64,000 nucleotides of DNA, from assembly GCA_027604505.1 (NCBI GenBank), contig JADIIX010000074.1:1-64000 (forward strand), in the 5' to 3' direction. The DNA is from Gonapodya sp. JEL0774 (taxonomy: Eukaryota). Each line of letters starts with the position of its first letter. Within the stretch, counting starts at the first letter, position 1. The position numbers and the translations under genes were made by a program. This document shows positions 1 through 13,545 of the stretch, one piece after another. The notes under the pieces were generated by a model, which saw only the letters and a list, made by a program, of their open reading frames with translations, was not told where the DNA came from and ran no database searches.

Positions 1-352
1 ACCCGCAGAGGCCAAGGAGGTCCGCGAGATGGCGAAGATCGTAAGAGGGTTCGGGAGGTTCGTGGCGGGGGAGGGAGAGGGGGACTTGGGAGACTTGGCA
101 GACCAGCTCGAGGGGGCGGACGACGATGAGGACGTTGCGGCGGGGGGGACAGGTGGGCAGCGACAGAGAGCAACCCGGGCTCGTACTCGGCCGCGACCTG
201 TGGACTTGGACGCTAACTTGGTCCGCAACGTTTTGGAGTCGATCCGGGCGGGCGGTGTGGATGGTGGACCTGGGTATGGACTGTTGGGGAGGATGGGCGT
301 GAAGGTGGGCGTGGCAAGTGGGGTGGGCAAGAGGGGATGGGAGAAAAGGTAG
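1..352 (+). CDS. 3' end of ecdysoneless/SGT1 (ECD)-family protein (partial, runs off the window start)
   Basis: C-terminal PVDLDANLVRNVLES...GGPGYGLLGRMGV resembles the ECD C-terminal motif (PVDxDxNLxxNxLES...GP...LL..MG); stop at 350-352. Confidence 0.65.
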   Translation, partial: PAEAKEVREMAKIVRGFGRFVAGEGEGDLGDLADQLEGADDDEDVAAGGTGGQRQRATRARTRPRPVDLDANLVRNVLESIRAGGVDGGPGYGLLGRMGVKVGVASGVGKRGWEKR

Positions 353-653
353 GCCGAGGAGGTGCGACGTAGAGGGTGGGGATGGGGTGGGGGGCGAAAC
401 AGAAAGGGCAGGCAGGGTATGGGTGTGGTGTGCCTGGATCGGTTCTTGATCATTGGTGTTGAGATCATTGTGATGTACTAGTGAGTGACTATTCTTTGAA
501 TAGGGTAACGTTCACACGGGATAGTTGCATTGGCATGTATCGCACTCTGTATTCCCACTTCTAAGACCATTGAGTATTGTATGCAATGTGAGCGTGCATT
601 ATTACCACAAAAGCACGGTGCATTAACAGCACTATTCTCCCCACCACCTCCCG

Positions 654-3532
654 TCACACCTCTATGTCCTCGTCTACCGTCTTGGTGAGATCCGCGATCG
701 CCTCCTTCTTGAGGGGTTTGTGCCGTATAAACACCGCAAAGATGATCCCCAGCCCGACGATGGGTACACACACGATAAACGACCAATGCAGACCCTGCAC
801 GTTGGCGTGGATGTAGGCGGCGTTAAGCGAGGCCAGGGCGTCCACGGGGATGGACGAGATGTCCACGCGGGTGGACGAGTAGGCGGATTTGAGGAAGGCA
901 GCGTAGAGCTGGATTCGAAAAGGCGAGTGCAAAAGTGAATGGTAAGATGGGTATTGCGGGACGTGTAATGGGCTCCATCGACGAACCTGGATTTGGTCAG
1001 CACTCAGCTGAAACTGGATGGCACTCTTCGTCAAGCCATCCTGCAGCTGGGAGCTCAGAATGTTCGAGAACAGAGTGGAGAATACGGCGATTCCGATAAC
1101 GCTGGAGTGAGAGTGCGACCCGATCTTGAGTGATCTGAACCATTGCACGAAGCAGAAAGTGCACGAGCTTACGTACCCTCCAAGAAGACGGGAGAAGTTA
1201 GCGACAGTGCTGCTTGGGCCAATGAGCTGGCGAGTGTACAGGATCGTTCCTTGAGTCACACGATTTTGTCTTGTCTACATGGCTCGGCTCACCTTTGCAG
1301 GTGAGTTAATTTGCGCTGTCAGTTGTCCAGCGTTGACGATCAGACCCACACCACCGCCTATAGATTGAGGTGTCAACAGAATGACTCGGTTATGTTCATT
1401 CCCACAGTGTTTCGCAGAGGATTCCTTCAAGGAGATCGCACCCTCGAACACACGAGCAACCTACCAGCAAGAATCTGTGCGAATACCTCGATGGGCGTAC
1501 CCGAGTTTTCTTCCCACATGGAGAGCAGCCCAAGTCCGACAATAATAAGGACTAACCCGATGCTGGGAATGAAGTGGTAGTACCCTGTTTTGGTCGTGTA
1601 CAGTCCACAACCGATGGAAAAAACGATCAAGGCACACCTTCATAACGAGGAAAGTTTGCAAAGTCTATATGAGCGATTGCAGCGTCCCGCGGAAACAGAA
1701 CTGTACCCACGTGAGTGACATGTTATTGAGACCACTGTCGGTGGCGGACAATCCCCGAACAGTTTGGAAGTAAACCTAAAACAATTTCAACTACTGAGCA
1801 CGAAGTATGACATCCGACGCTGACAATAAGGAGGGCTCTCACGGGAATAAAGTAGGATAGGGCGTACATTGCCCAGCCAGCTGGAGAACAACCATCCAGG
1901 AGCATGAGCGGGGAGCTCAGATACACTCGCTTCGCGACACTAGCAACTCACAAAAGAAGAGAGACATGTTTGCAGCGACGTAATTCCAACTCTTAAAGAG
2001 CTCGAGAGGGATGATGGGCTCCACCGCTTTGGTTTCCCACCACACAAACATGGCCAAGAGTACGATCGCGCATACGATGCAACCAAGAACCTGACCACTC
2101 GCCCACGAGTACTCGACGCCTCCCCATGAAAGTGCCAAGAGCAACAGCGTCATTGCGATGGTAAGTAGCGACAAACCAAGGTAATCAACACGCTTGATCT
2201 GATCCCGCAGTGAACCACGAGGGGGAGGCAACGTCAAGCCAAAAACGCAGCCCAAAAGAGCAACGGCGCCGATGGGGAGGCAAATGTAGAATCCCCATCG
2301 CCAGTTGAGGTAATCGTTGAGAAGTCCACCAATGAGAGGCTTTCAACAGGTGCAGGTGGTGAGAGGTTGTATTCTCTCAGCACGATGAGCAACACACTCA
2401 CACCGACTGCTGCAGCTAAACCACTCAATGCACCCATCAACCCCATGTACTTTCCCATTTCCGCTTGTGGAACTTAAATTTCAAGATCTATGAGCGAGGG
2501 AAGCCACGACCAGGTCCTTTCAAACAACCACCACGTACCGATTTCTCCAATAACAACAAATGCCATAGAAATGATTGCCCCACCACCGATTCCTTGCATG
2601 ACTCTGCCAACAATTAACATGACCATGGATGTGGACACCCCACACACAGCAGTGAATATAAGAAACTCGACGACAGAAATTAGGATTATGTTCTTGCGCC
2701 CAAAAATGTCGGAGAGGGAGCCCCAGGCGGGGGCAAGGGCTGTGCCTGTCAAAGAAAGTGAAAATTGTGGACGCGGAATAACCATAGGTTTCTGTTTTCT
2801 TACTCGTTAGAAGATAGCCTGTTCCGACCCAAGAGTAGTTGGATTCTCCGTTTAGGTCTCGCGAAATGGTGGGAAGCATTGTCGCTAAAAACAAGGCAGC
2901 AACAGTAAGCGAATCGATGCAAATGCGCGAGTGACCGGCAACAGCATCTACAATGTTACACACCAACAAGTGTGGAGCTAAGGCTTGACAAAATCTGCAG
3001 AGCAGGTGAAGAGAGGTGACTGAGTGGTTGCACGGGCTTGTGATCACTGGGAAGGGGAGCCTACCACTAAATGTTTGGGAAATTGAGAGAGTAGAGGGGC
3101 CCAGGAAACGCATTAATGTCCAAAGTAGGGTAATCTCTCGGAATCCAATGGTCTCTAGCGTGTTGTTGGTCTAACTCCGAGCTGTCACAGCCAAACAATC
3201 CGCACACGCCTTATCAAAGTTGAACCGAATCGTCCGCATCACACCGAAATACCAAGCAAATCGAAAAACTTCGAGCGAGCCAATTCTCTTCCGCACCCCG
3301 TTTCGTGTGCCCCCCAGCAGTTCCTATTGCGACCATTTTGACACTTACGAGCAAGACTCATAGAGACGACAGAGATAGAGATTGCATTGTTGTTCCGCTT
3401 TGCTTTTCCCGGAGTTGTTTCGTTTATCTGCTTCTTGCCATTGAGACTTGCATCTGCATGATCTGGGTTGATGGGGAGCTCTCCGAGTATTTCCGCGGTG
3501 CCTGGAGCCACCACGCCTTTTTCGTCACCCAT
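654..3532 (-). CDS. MFS drug:H+ antiporter (DHA2-type), multi-exon
   Basis: Spliced reading gives SLALILSSLSSTLVATMLPTI, WVGTGYLL, WGSLSDIFGRK, LIVGRVMQGIGGG, GPLIGG..WRWGFYICLPIG, RVDYLG, EPIIPLELFK; GT-AG introns; includes a 2-nt microexon at 3065-3066. Confidence 0.9.
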
Positions 3533-3944
3533 ACTTCACGGATTTCAGACTGTACCAAGATCAAGAAGCTTGAAGTAGGCGTTTCAGTCGATGCTTGTTA
3601 TTGTTATATGATGTTTCCTCTGGTGGACCACGGCGGCAGAGGGGGGACGACATAGTGCGGGAGTACTCGTTTCCCCGCGATGCCCACAAGGTAACACCCG
3701 GGTTTACAAATTCGACAACGACTTGATCAAGTGATGCCATGGTCATTTAACGGCCAAATCGTTGTTGGACACGTTGGCCGTGGGGAAATAGAGAGTTCTT
3801 TGGCTCCCTTTATACCAACACATCCTGAGATTATTTGCCTGCTGAGTTCTCAGGATCCCAGTTTGAGGACGGATTTTTCGAAAACTCCGTTCAAGACTCC
3901 CCATGCAATTTATGTAGTTTTTATGCTGCTTTTCAAGAAGCGCA

Positions 3945-5469
3945 ATGTTGGTGCAATTTATTCGCAAAAATGCAGAGGGACCAGGAGTCGCATATGCTTC
4001 AATCATGCCCCAAGCAACGTCACGCGCCGGTGCACAGCAACGACGGGAGATTATCGCCAGTTTAGCCACTATCGCCCTAGCCTGCATTTGGGCATCGCTG
4101 GTCAGTGTCGGGATTGGGGTGGAGACTTTATTCCTACACAAACAGTCCAAACGGTTCCCGCGTTCACCGCTGGATGGGAATCAAAATAGCGTCTGTCGTG
4201 AGTCTACTTTTTGATGCTTTCAGATTTTCAAACGGCGGGGGTGGGTCGACCCTGGAATATGCCTTCAACATGTTCTTGTAAACTCGAAAAGCTCTCCATC
4301 TTGCCGTGGTGATTCCATTCACCGAGCACGACGCATCCCTTCTTATCTCCTCCATTCGTACCGTATGGTCGAAACATTCTCCTTGCCACGCTGCGCAGCA
4401 GCTTCCCCTCGAGGTCGAGAGGCAGTCTGGGTATTCTCATGCGCGTCAAATGCTCACCGGAGAAGTCCAGAACAACGTGGACCTCATCTTCTATTTCCAC
4501 ACTGATATCCTTCACGGATTAAATGCCGGATTGGCTACGAAACTTCGAGCCACGCTCGCAACGGCAAATGCCACAAGATGCTTTCGAACCATCAAGTTTA
4601 TGAATGCACGGTTGTCACCGAGTGAAGATGCCTATCCCATGGGTCCAAGCAACATGTTTTTCAAATTGTGGAATCTTCGTGCGATGACTGAAGGTTACGA
4701 CTGGATGTACTACATGGAGCCTGACAATCGTCCTTGCAGAAGTGGTTGGTTGGAAGCTCTCTGTTTGGAAGCGTGGAGAAATAGCGGCACTGGCTTGCCA
4801 GAACATGACACTGACGGCGCTGCAAGAATTGAGGAACTCGAGATGGAAGAAAAAAAGGAAACCGTTAACGAACAAGAAAGCGATTCGATGATGTCGCATT
4901 CTCAAAGAAACAGTCAAGCGGTCAATGAGGAGACGAAATATGACGAGGACGTAGAGGTCATCGAGGATGCAACAGGGTTCATTCCTTGCCCTCCCGAAAC
5001 CGTAGAGGACAAGGTGTACAAATGGCACATGGAAGGACCACCAAAACCTTCGTCCACTGCACAATCAGAATCTGGGCAACCTGCAGGCATAGTCTCTCCA
5101 ACCAAGTGGATGCTTGGATCGATTCTCCGGCCGCACACTGAGCCGTTCCCTCTGTACACATTCGCTGACCATATCAACGGAAATGCGCTCTACCGCATTT
5201 CATCCGCACCATTCAAATCGTTCATCCGGGTTGTCGAACTGATGCTCAGACGTCGTCCTCAAGCATACATCGAGTCATACGACATCGCCATTTATTTGGT
5301 CGCGCGAGACCGAAAAGTGACACCGTGGGAATCATATGCGCGTATTGTTGGGCGGTTCGGGTACACGGACGTAATCCAAAATTGGTATCGTACTGAACTG
5401 AACGCGACGGAGCTTTGTGCGAGGGAGAGGACTACCTATTTACTACACGGGAGGGAGCTGGTGTTTTAG
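3945..5469 (+). CDS. Uncharacterised type II membrane protein, possibly glycosyltransferase-like
   Basis: N-terminal hydrophobic anchor (IIASLATIALACIWASLVSVGIGV), probable intron 4198-4291, long exon with YYMEPDNRP..GWL and HINGNALY motifs and an acidic insertion. Confidence 0.5.
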
Positions 5470-5698
5470 AATCGAGTGACAGGCCTGATTTCGTACTCTC
5501 CAGAGAGATAATGGGTTCGTGGAACTCTGGGAAGATCTGAGTTCAAAACATGCCGGTAAAGTACGATTGCAGTCAATACATGAGAAAAATGAACTCAAAC
5601 TGCTCAACTTCGAACAATGGTAAGAAATGGTACATGGTTGCAAAGAACTTGTGCGTGCCATTTACGCACATAACCAAGTTGGGTTGGTTCCCCCCTCC

Positions 5699-8067
5699 CT
5701 ATGAAGTTGCACCGCCATTGTTATCAGCTCCAATTTTTTTTCTGGTCCGGCTCGCCACCCCCATATCAACTCCTTCATCTTCCTTACCATCGACTGTCTC
5801 TTGCGTTCTCGAGGACGCCGACCTCTTCACTCCACGACGAACAGAGCTGTGCGAACCAGCAGTGCTCGAGTTCCCAGTCGAATCAGTCTCAAATCTTAGT
5901 CCGATTGTGTAGTCTGTACCACTTTCCTCGGTGCTCGCACCTCTATGCGACCATCCCCGGCGAAGCTTGTGACTGCCGGGATGATCCACCGGGGAGGAGT
6001 TGTGCCGGTCCACATTTTCGATTTCCGTCAAATTCTCCTTTTCCGGTGTGGTGGTCTCTGTAGGAATGCGCGATGTGATGCGCTCGTCAAATTCTTCTTC
6101 CGACGCCAGAAGAAGAGAAGCACCAAAAATGACGGGAGCATGAGACTGGGAGTCACTTCTCGGGTGCGGTGAATTGTTCGTGGGGTATATGCCGTCAGAG
6201 GGAGGTGGTTCTGTATGCCTTGTGGCATAGGAGGTGGAGCTCATGGAGCGGGGACCTTCGTTTAAGCGTACCACTTCAATATCATCGCACGCACATGGTT
6301 TCGCTTTTTCATTACACTCACCTCGTCTTGGCTTTCTGCTGGACTGTGGCAGCTTGTTATCGTCTGGAATAGCTTCTTCTTCGATCGTCCCAGTACTAAG
6401 CCGACTTTTTCCATTTCCAGAAAGTTTCCTGGTTCCATCCACGATTTCTCCCCGTTCTTCGATCACCACCTCAACATCCATCATTCGTCTTCGAGATGAA
6501 CCCAGCTTCCTCTCTTTAGCTCCATTCACATGGTGTGAAATTGATCCGGGGCCTACACCTTTCCGTGGTGCTCCTCCTGTGATATCGGATCCTCCCACAT
6601 TTTCCAAAACAGAGTCCGCTACTACTGATGAGACAGCAGGGCTAGTGCGCAGAGCAGTATTGAGGCTAGATAGTGGTTCCTCCAACAACACTGCGTTCTG
6701 CGCGGAACTTGGTCGTGAGTGATCTGAAAGTGCCGACCCAGACGGTAAAGATGACGGTAAAGTCAGAGTGCTCATCGAGGGGGGAGCAGCTGCATCGGAT
6801 TCAACGTTCTTATCGAAGAGAAGTAACGAGCCATCCTCGGAACACTGCTGAGGAAGCGTGAGAGATGGTTGGGGAGTTCGTACTTTGGGGAGGGCGGACG
6901 AGCGCGATAGCCTCCGGATGGTATCTGCAGTTCACGGCAGGCGAACAATCTGTAATCACGTGATCAATCCGAGTCGCTTTTCTGTGACCCTTACCCATCA
7001 ACTCGACTTCTGTTGCAACACCCTTGATGCCTTTCGTCAGCTCGAGCAATCGCCACGCGGTATCTGCCATATCAAGAATTCGAATGGTACCCTCTGGTAG
7101 TCCACGCTCCGAGGTTATCGGTGGAGGCAGGCTGGGCCACTGACGTGGGGAGGGAGGGGATATTGGAGTTGACGCTCCCGAGAATGAAGGGGTCAGATAC
7201 ACTGGCCGCTTTTGGAGTGCTGAAGTATAACAATCGACACCAGGTGAAGTTGCAATTCAGCAGTCAAAGGACCATTGGGATAATCACATTGGGTCAGTTT
7301 GATGGTTTCGACGACGTCCCTGGGGATGTACTCTTTCCAGCGCACTCCGGACTCCTTCACTGATGAGCCCATAGTGTCGCTATCGCTCTCGCCGAATTCG
7401 ACCAGGTCCAATCTCCCGTCTGCTTCGAAGTTGCACCGTAGGGCTCCCGCTAACCGTAGGAGACGTCCATCGTCGTACAGAAGAGTGCAAACGGCCTCTC
7501 CACAACAGAAAATTGTTCGTCCACTTTCGAGAACTCGTTCATTGAAATTTGGTGGGATGTGGAGCGCAGTTGAAAGCAACTTCGCCGATTGGGGGTGTGT
7601 ACACAATGAGTGGAAAAATCGGGGCAAAGATAATCGTCCGATTGCTGAAAATATCAGTTGATTAAGCTGATATTTCATGATACTGATTGATAAGTCTGAT
7701 TCGAAACACGCACCAAAATGTGTTTTGAGCGATTGAGGGGCTTCGAAAGGTGAAGATTTCTTGGTGAGCGTGAGTCGAAGGATTGCGGCTTCAGTGAAGA
7801 AGCCTCCAGTGACACGATGCCAATAAGCGATTTCGGTCGTCTAAGTTCGATATTGAAAAAGGAGTCAAATCAGGTGGATACTGGGAAACTTTCTGATCGG
7901 AACTCGACATTCGGTTGGACACACACTTCATAAGTGGCCGAAAAGAGCTCCGTAAGAGAGAGGAGAAGCTGAAGGACACGACCTGACCGTTTATTGCTTA
8001 GATGTGAAGGAGGCGAACTGCAGCCTCGGCGAGCTCCCGCATCGTCCCTCGCATCCTCTTCCTCCAT
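5699..8067 (-). CDS. LIM-domain-binding (LDB/SEUSS/Adn1-Mfg1-like) domain protein with disordered C-terminus
   Basis: Spliced exons read IAYWHRVTGGFFTEAAILR, LSLPRFF, LLYDDGRLLRLAGALRCNF...LDLVEF and GLPEGTIRILDMAD, matching the LIM_bind pattern; exon boundaries approximate. Confidence 0.6.
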
Positions 8068-8536
8068 TCGGCTGGGAGTATGTGACCGCGATACCGCGGT
8101 CTGGAAGATGATTCAGATATCCTACACGGGATCGGGATCTTCCACGAGATGGGGAGATTGGTTCATTTCTCTTTGAAGATTTGCTTTCTGGATTGTGACG
8201 GTCCAAAACTTAACGTACATCAATTCACATCAATTCACACAAGTGATTCTTTGTGCAAAAATGTGAATCGATTTTACCAATGCCAGTGAGCGAAGGGAGA
8301 ATCTTGGCTGAAAGTAGGTTCGTCCGTGAGGTCCGCCCTTCGCTTGGTGAAGTATATTAACATTTAAGAAACAAATTAACTGAATGTCCATTCATCGTAA
8401 GTGAATAAACGATTGAGCTAATATTGTTTTCGTGATGATGGCTCGTTGTTAGTGCCGGTGTGGTCCTGTCCACCACACCCACGCACAATATAAGGAATCA
8501 AATGCAGTTGCTCCCCTCTTCAAATTCGAACTGACA

Positions 8537-11500
8537 ATGGAAGCTCTTGAGCCAGAAGGCGGGCCTTTGACGATGGATTCTATCAATGAGCTTGTGGAGG
8601 ACTCTATTTCAGTCTCGAAGTCTGGGGGAGCGCTCGACCACGGAAGCCGAGTTTCGTCACCCTCCTCGCCAATGCCGACGCCATTTCGTTCACGAAGCGT
8701 GTCTACTCGCTTTTCTCGAACGGTAACTCTGCCTGGCCCCGATGCAATAGAATCTCATCCTCCCATACCGATCAGTACTGCACTGCAATCAGCAACCAAT
8801 CCCATGAGCTCTGTCTCCGATTCCTCTCCTAATATTTTTGTCTCTGCGATTGATGCTTCCTCCGTTCATATACCGCCCCCCCCCGCACCCCCCGGTCCGA
8901 CTGCGCCAGTGGCAACTCCGGCTGGTTCAACTTCCCCCACTCTACCGCGGCCTGAGTACCCGGACCTCGTTGTACAACATAACCACATTCAAATCAAGCG
9001 AACAAAGTCACGCCGTGCGACTGCTAACAGTCTCACGTATGCTTCTCTCGCTCCACTTGGTCTGGTTACCGAATCCAGCTCGCCACAGGAGGTGCCTCCG
9101 TCGGTAGATGATCACACGGACGTTGATGCCCCCGCAAGCACGTATCGACAGACTCACGCTGATGACGATTTGGAAATTGCTGACTTTCCAGAAGCTTCAG
9201 TCCCTACCTATTTTCCTGACTCAACCGGCATCCAGAATGCAGCTGCGTTCTCTGACCTCGACCCGGCTTCCGGGACACCTTCAGGAGAAGTTATGTCGAG
9301 CCCGCCTGCGGATCCGGCTGATCGGGATGAGGTTCGTCCTGACCGACTTCAAGACCGAGACGTGGACGATCATGATGAGGATGATGAAGAGGAAAATGAT
9401 GATGAAGGTTCCGTAACGGACTCTATCCTCGATGCCCTTCAGCAATCTTCTGAGAGTGGATCCGAAGATTTGGACGATCAAGAACCGCGTCTCAAGTATC
9501 ACAGGCTCGGAGGTGCCCTTAGTGGGTTATTGAAGAAGGACATGGTCAGCTGCATGGCCGTGTCAGATAAGTTTGTGGTGAGTGGTGTACATTGGATTTA
9601 TGTGCCGAATAATCTCTTATTGGTTGGCATGTTGACCATGAAAACGCGGGGTGTAACAGGCTCTCGGGACCCATTGGGGCTCCGTACACATTCTGGATCC
9701 CTCTGGGAATGCCATCAAACACTTTTCTTGTCACACTGCGACCGTGAACGAAATTTCCCTTGATCGTGCGATGGAGTTCGTCGCGTCAGCATCGGATGAC
9801 GGTCGTGTCGTGGTCAATTCTCTCTATGCTGCCGAAACTACGCCGCTGGTTTTCAAACGGCCTATAAAAGCAGTCGCTATCGAACCGAACTTTGCAAAAT
9901 CCACAGTACGTCAAGTGTTGTCGGGTGGCATGGCTGAACAGGTAAACCTCTCAGGGAAGGGATGGTTTGGGAACTCTACGGTGGTCGTGCACCAAGGAGA
10001 AGGCCCGATATATACTGTAAAATGGAATGTTTACATGGCATGGGCAAACGATCAAGTGAGTCTGCAACCCGTAACATATCGACAGGTTCTCAAGCACATT
10101 GTAATCGTGGAACTCTCCCCGACAGGGCATCCGAGTCCATGATCCCCGCAAATCCGCCGACCGAGGCCTTCTCTTGCGCCCTGAGAACTCACCTAGACCG
10201 GATCTTTTCCGCTGCAACTTGATGTGGAAATCTGACAACGAGTTGTTAGTTGGTTGGGCCGATGCAGTTACCGTCGCCAGAGTTCCAGAAGGACCCGGCT
10301 CAGAGGGTGACAAGAAGATCGAGATCATTCACTCGTATGTGTGCATCGTTGGGATATTTTCGTGCTTTGAGTCATAGAATGTCGATACCCACCTGGTCAA
10401 CGCTAGATTCCGCACGGAGTACGTTATATGCGGGATTGCGCCCCTACTTTCGACAACTACTTCAGATCCACCCTTGCTTGTTCTTTTGGCATACCGTATC
10501 GATAAATCTGAGCTTGCGACTGTCGATTCTATAATGGACCCGTCCGCCGAGTCTTCGCTAATCGGCAAGACCAGGAGAAAGTTGGCGAAGCCGCCAGAGG
10601 TAAGAGTGGTGGAGCTGGATGGGGAAGAAGTTGCCAACGACGGTTTGAGTGTCCACGGGTACGAGTACTATCAGGCAAACGACTATCGTTTGGGTGATTA
10701 TGATTTGGACTTCTCAGAACCAACCCGCTCCATTCTAATGCCTGTTGTTTCATGTAGATTTTCTCCCTTCTGAGTCTACTTACTACCTCTTGTCTCCAAA
10801 AGACGTTGTAATGGCTCGCCCTCGTGACTTGTCAGACCATATCGAATGGCTGCTTGAGCGTCAACGATACGAAGAAGCTTTGGCTGCTGCTGAAGCGGCG
10901 GGTGAAGAATATAGTGGTCGTGTAGCGGTTCACGACATAGTTGATATTGGGCAGAAGTATCTCGGAACACTAACCGCAGATGGTGAGAGCAACTGCTTTA
11001 TTCGTGCATTTATATTGCATCTCTTGACTAAACAGAGCGATTATGGGTCGAATGTACATTTGGCAGGTCGCTATGCCGAAGCTGCCGCTGCGTGCCCCAA
11101 AATTCTCAGGTCCGACACAGCTCTGTGGGAGAAGTGGGTTTACACATTCCGAGATTCCAAGCAGTTACCTGCTCTCGTACCATTTCTGCCGACTGGGACT
11201 CCGCAACTGCGTGCACAAGTTTATGAGATGGTATTGGTTCAGTTGCTGGCAAGGGATTACATGGTACGCTCGCGTAGGAAAAGAATGCACTCAGTGTGAA
11301 GTGAACGTTGAAGTTTTTCGCACGTCAGATTTTCTTGGAGACAGTTCGGAAGTGGCCGGCTACTCTCTACAACGTGCAAGCAATCATTGCCGCGGCTGAA
11401 GAACGGCGCCATGAGGTGTCTCCACCTAGTGACGTGCTCATCCTTCAAGCATTGGCGCATCTCTATGCTGCCAACAAGAGCTATGACATGTCTTTCTACT

Positions 11501-13393
11501 ACCATCTCATTCTTAAAACCCCAAACTGCATCGAGATGGTTACACGGTATAATTTGTTTCCGAGCCTTCCCGGCAAGATGTCTCTCATGTTCGAATACGA
11601 TGAATTCATGCTTACCCATGACGAAACGAGCGCCAAAATTTTATCCGATGTGGCTACCGAAATGGGCATCCACTCAGAGCCCAACTCACGAACACCAACG
11701 CTGCCTCGACCAGGCGCCGAAGTTTCTATTCAATCTTCAGCTGCGATGTTGAATACTCCGACTCTCGCACCCATCTTTCCCTCCTTGGTGCACGTGCGGA
11801 CTCTCATGCGAAGCCCTACCGTGACACTTCTGGTTGCGAACACGGACAGGGTAGCACCTGGGATTGTTGTGAATGAACTTCGTGAGCACAACCAATCTAA
11901 GTATTTATTCGTATATCTTGAGCGACTCTGGCGGACTGATCCGTCCTCGCCTGACGTGGCAACGTACGCTGATATGCTTGTTGAACTCTTCGCGGAGTAT
12001 GACCCTGCACGGCTTATGGAGTTTTTAAAGGGTGGACGAGTCCCAGCTTCTGAAGAGCCACTGGACGATGATGGGAATAGTGATTATGCAAACTCAGATA
12101 AAGTTGATGGCGAGGGAGGCGTGAGGGAGACCGAAAAGACGTACGACTTGCGAAGGGCATATGTGGTATGTGAAGCGCGGAGGATGGTCCCAGAGATGGT
12201 CTACCTTCTTGGAAAGATGGGCGATAACAAAAGAGCTTTGAAACTTATCATCGGAGGTCTTGGTGATATTCGGAAAGTGAGTTCTTCCGAAGACACTGTA
12301 CGATTGGACACATCACGGAATTGGTGATATTCGTTCTCTGACGTGCTTAAGGCGATCGATTTTGCAAAGGACCAAAATGATGGGGACTTGTGGGAGGATC
12401 TGATCAATTACTCCATGAGTAACCCCGGTGAGTTCACGTACTTGCCATCTTATTGGGGCTTTTCTCGTTAGATGAGCTTACCAATCTCACGCCAGGTTTT
12501 ATTGTCATTCTTCTGGAGAATATTAATGCTCATATCGACCCAATCAAGATCATTAAGAGGATTGAAGATGGAATGCAAATTCCAGGTCTCAAAAGAGCTC
12601 TCGTTAAGGTGCTCGAAGACTATGGAGTCCAGGTATTCGGTTGATGTTATCTTATCCGTGTTGATCGTGACTTCTAAAAGTTCTTCAACTTGTTATTCAG
12701 GCGTCGCTTCGAGAGGGTTGCGAGAAAATCTTACTTAGTGACACTATTGGCCTGCTAGAGCAACTTTACTTCGCACAGCGGAGAGCAATGTCGTTTGAAA
12801 GTGAGTTGCTGTGTTCGATACATCGTAAGCTCTCGACGACGTGTAATTGTTGTTAAGCCGAGGTTGTATGTGCAATGTGCTCTTTGCCCGTTGCTGGCAC
12901 TTCGGAGACGTCGGCGGCAGTCCTGTTTTTCTGCCGACATTGGTTCCACGAACGGTGTCTAGTGAGTTCACGATTGTTGGATTGCGCTCTCCGACCGGGT
13001 TACTCTAGATGTCTTGTTCAGTCTTCGAACCTCAACATCCAAGATCTTGCTCCTGCACTCGAGCAGTCGTATATGGCTGTTGATCACACCTTGTCAGTAG
13101 AGAAGCGAATTCGCCTTGTTTATCTGGCGGATGACAAAGCAGGGCTAGTGTCGCCGTTGTTTGTTGAGGACGGAGTTGACGACTTTGCAGGAGACCTCGG
13201 AGGTGCCAGCAGGACGGGTGGCTCTTCACGTGTTCGAAAGCGACTTATTAGGGACAGGAGGTTGTTCTGCCCACTGTGCTCCACAAGAAGTCTCCGAACC
13301 AGTGCTAAGGAGTCCCGACCGTTCTTTGTGACCGGAAGCTCACTCCGTGACGAACCACTGTCTTACAAGTCGCGGGCGAGAATCAACACGTAA
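8537..13393 (+). CDS. VPS41: Vacuolar protein sorting 41 (HOPS subunit)
   Basis: EPRLKYHRL, ALGTHWG, FVASASDDG, PRDLSDHIEWLL, EMVYLLGKMGDNKRAL, DLWEDLI, IPGLK..L.K.L.DY and a C-terminal RING-H2 (FFCRHWFHERCL...CPLC). Confidence 0.95.
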
Positions 13394-13545
13394 TTACAAT
13401 AGCTACCGTATTTGTATCTAGAACATTAGTATTTTGAGCCATGCTCATCATCCTCGGCCACAGCCGTATTCCACAGCATCCTTTGCCGCGTGCTTCACAT
13501 TCCACGCTGGACGCGGAGCTAGTCCTTGCACTAGAACTTCGCTCG

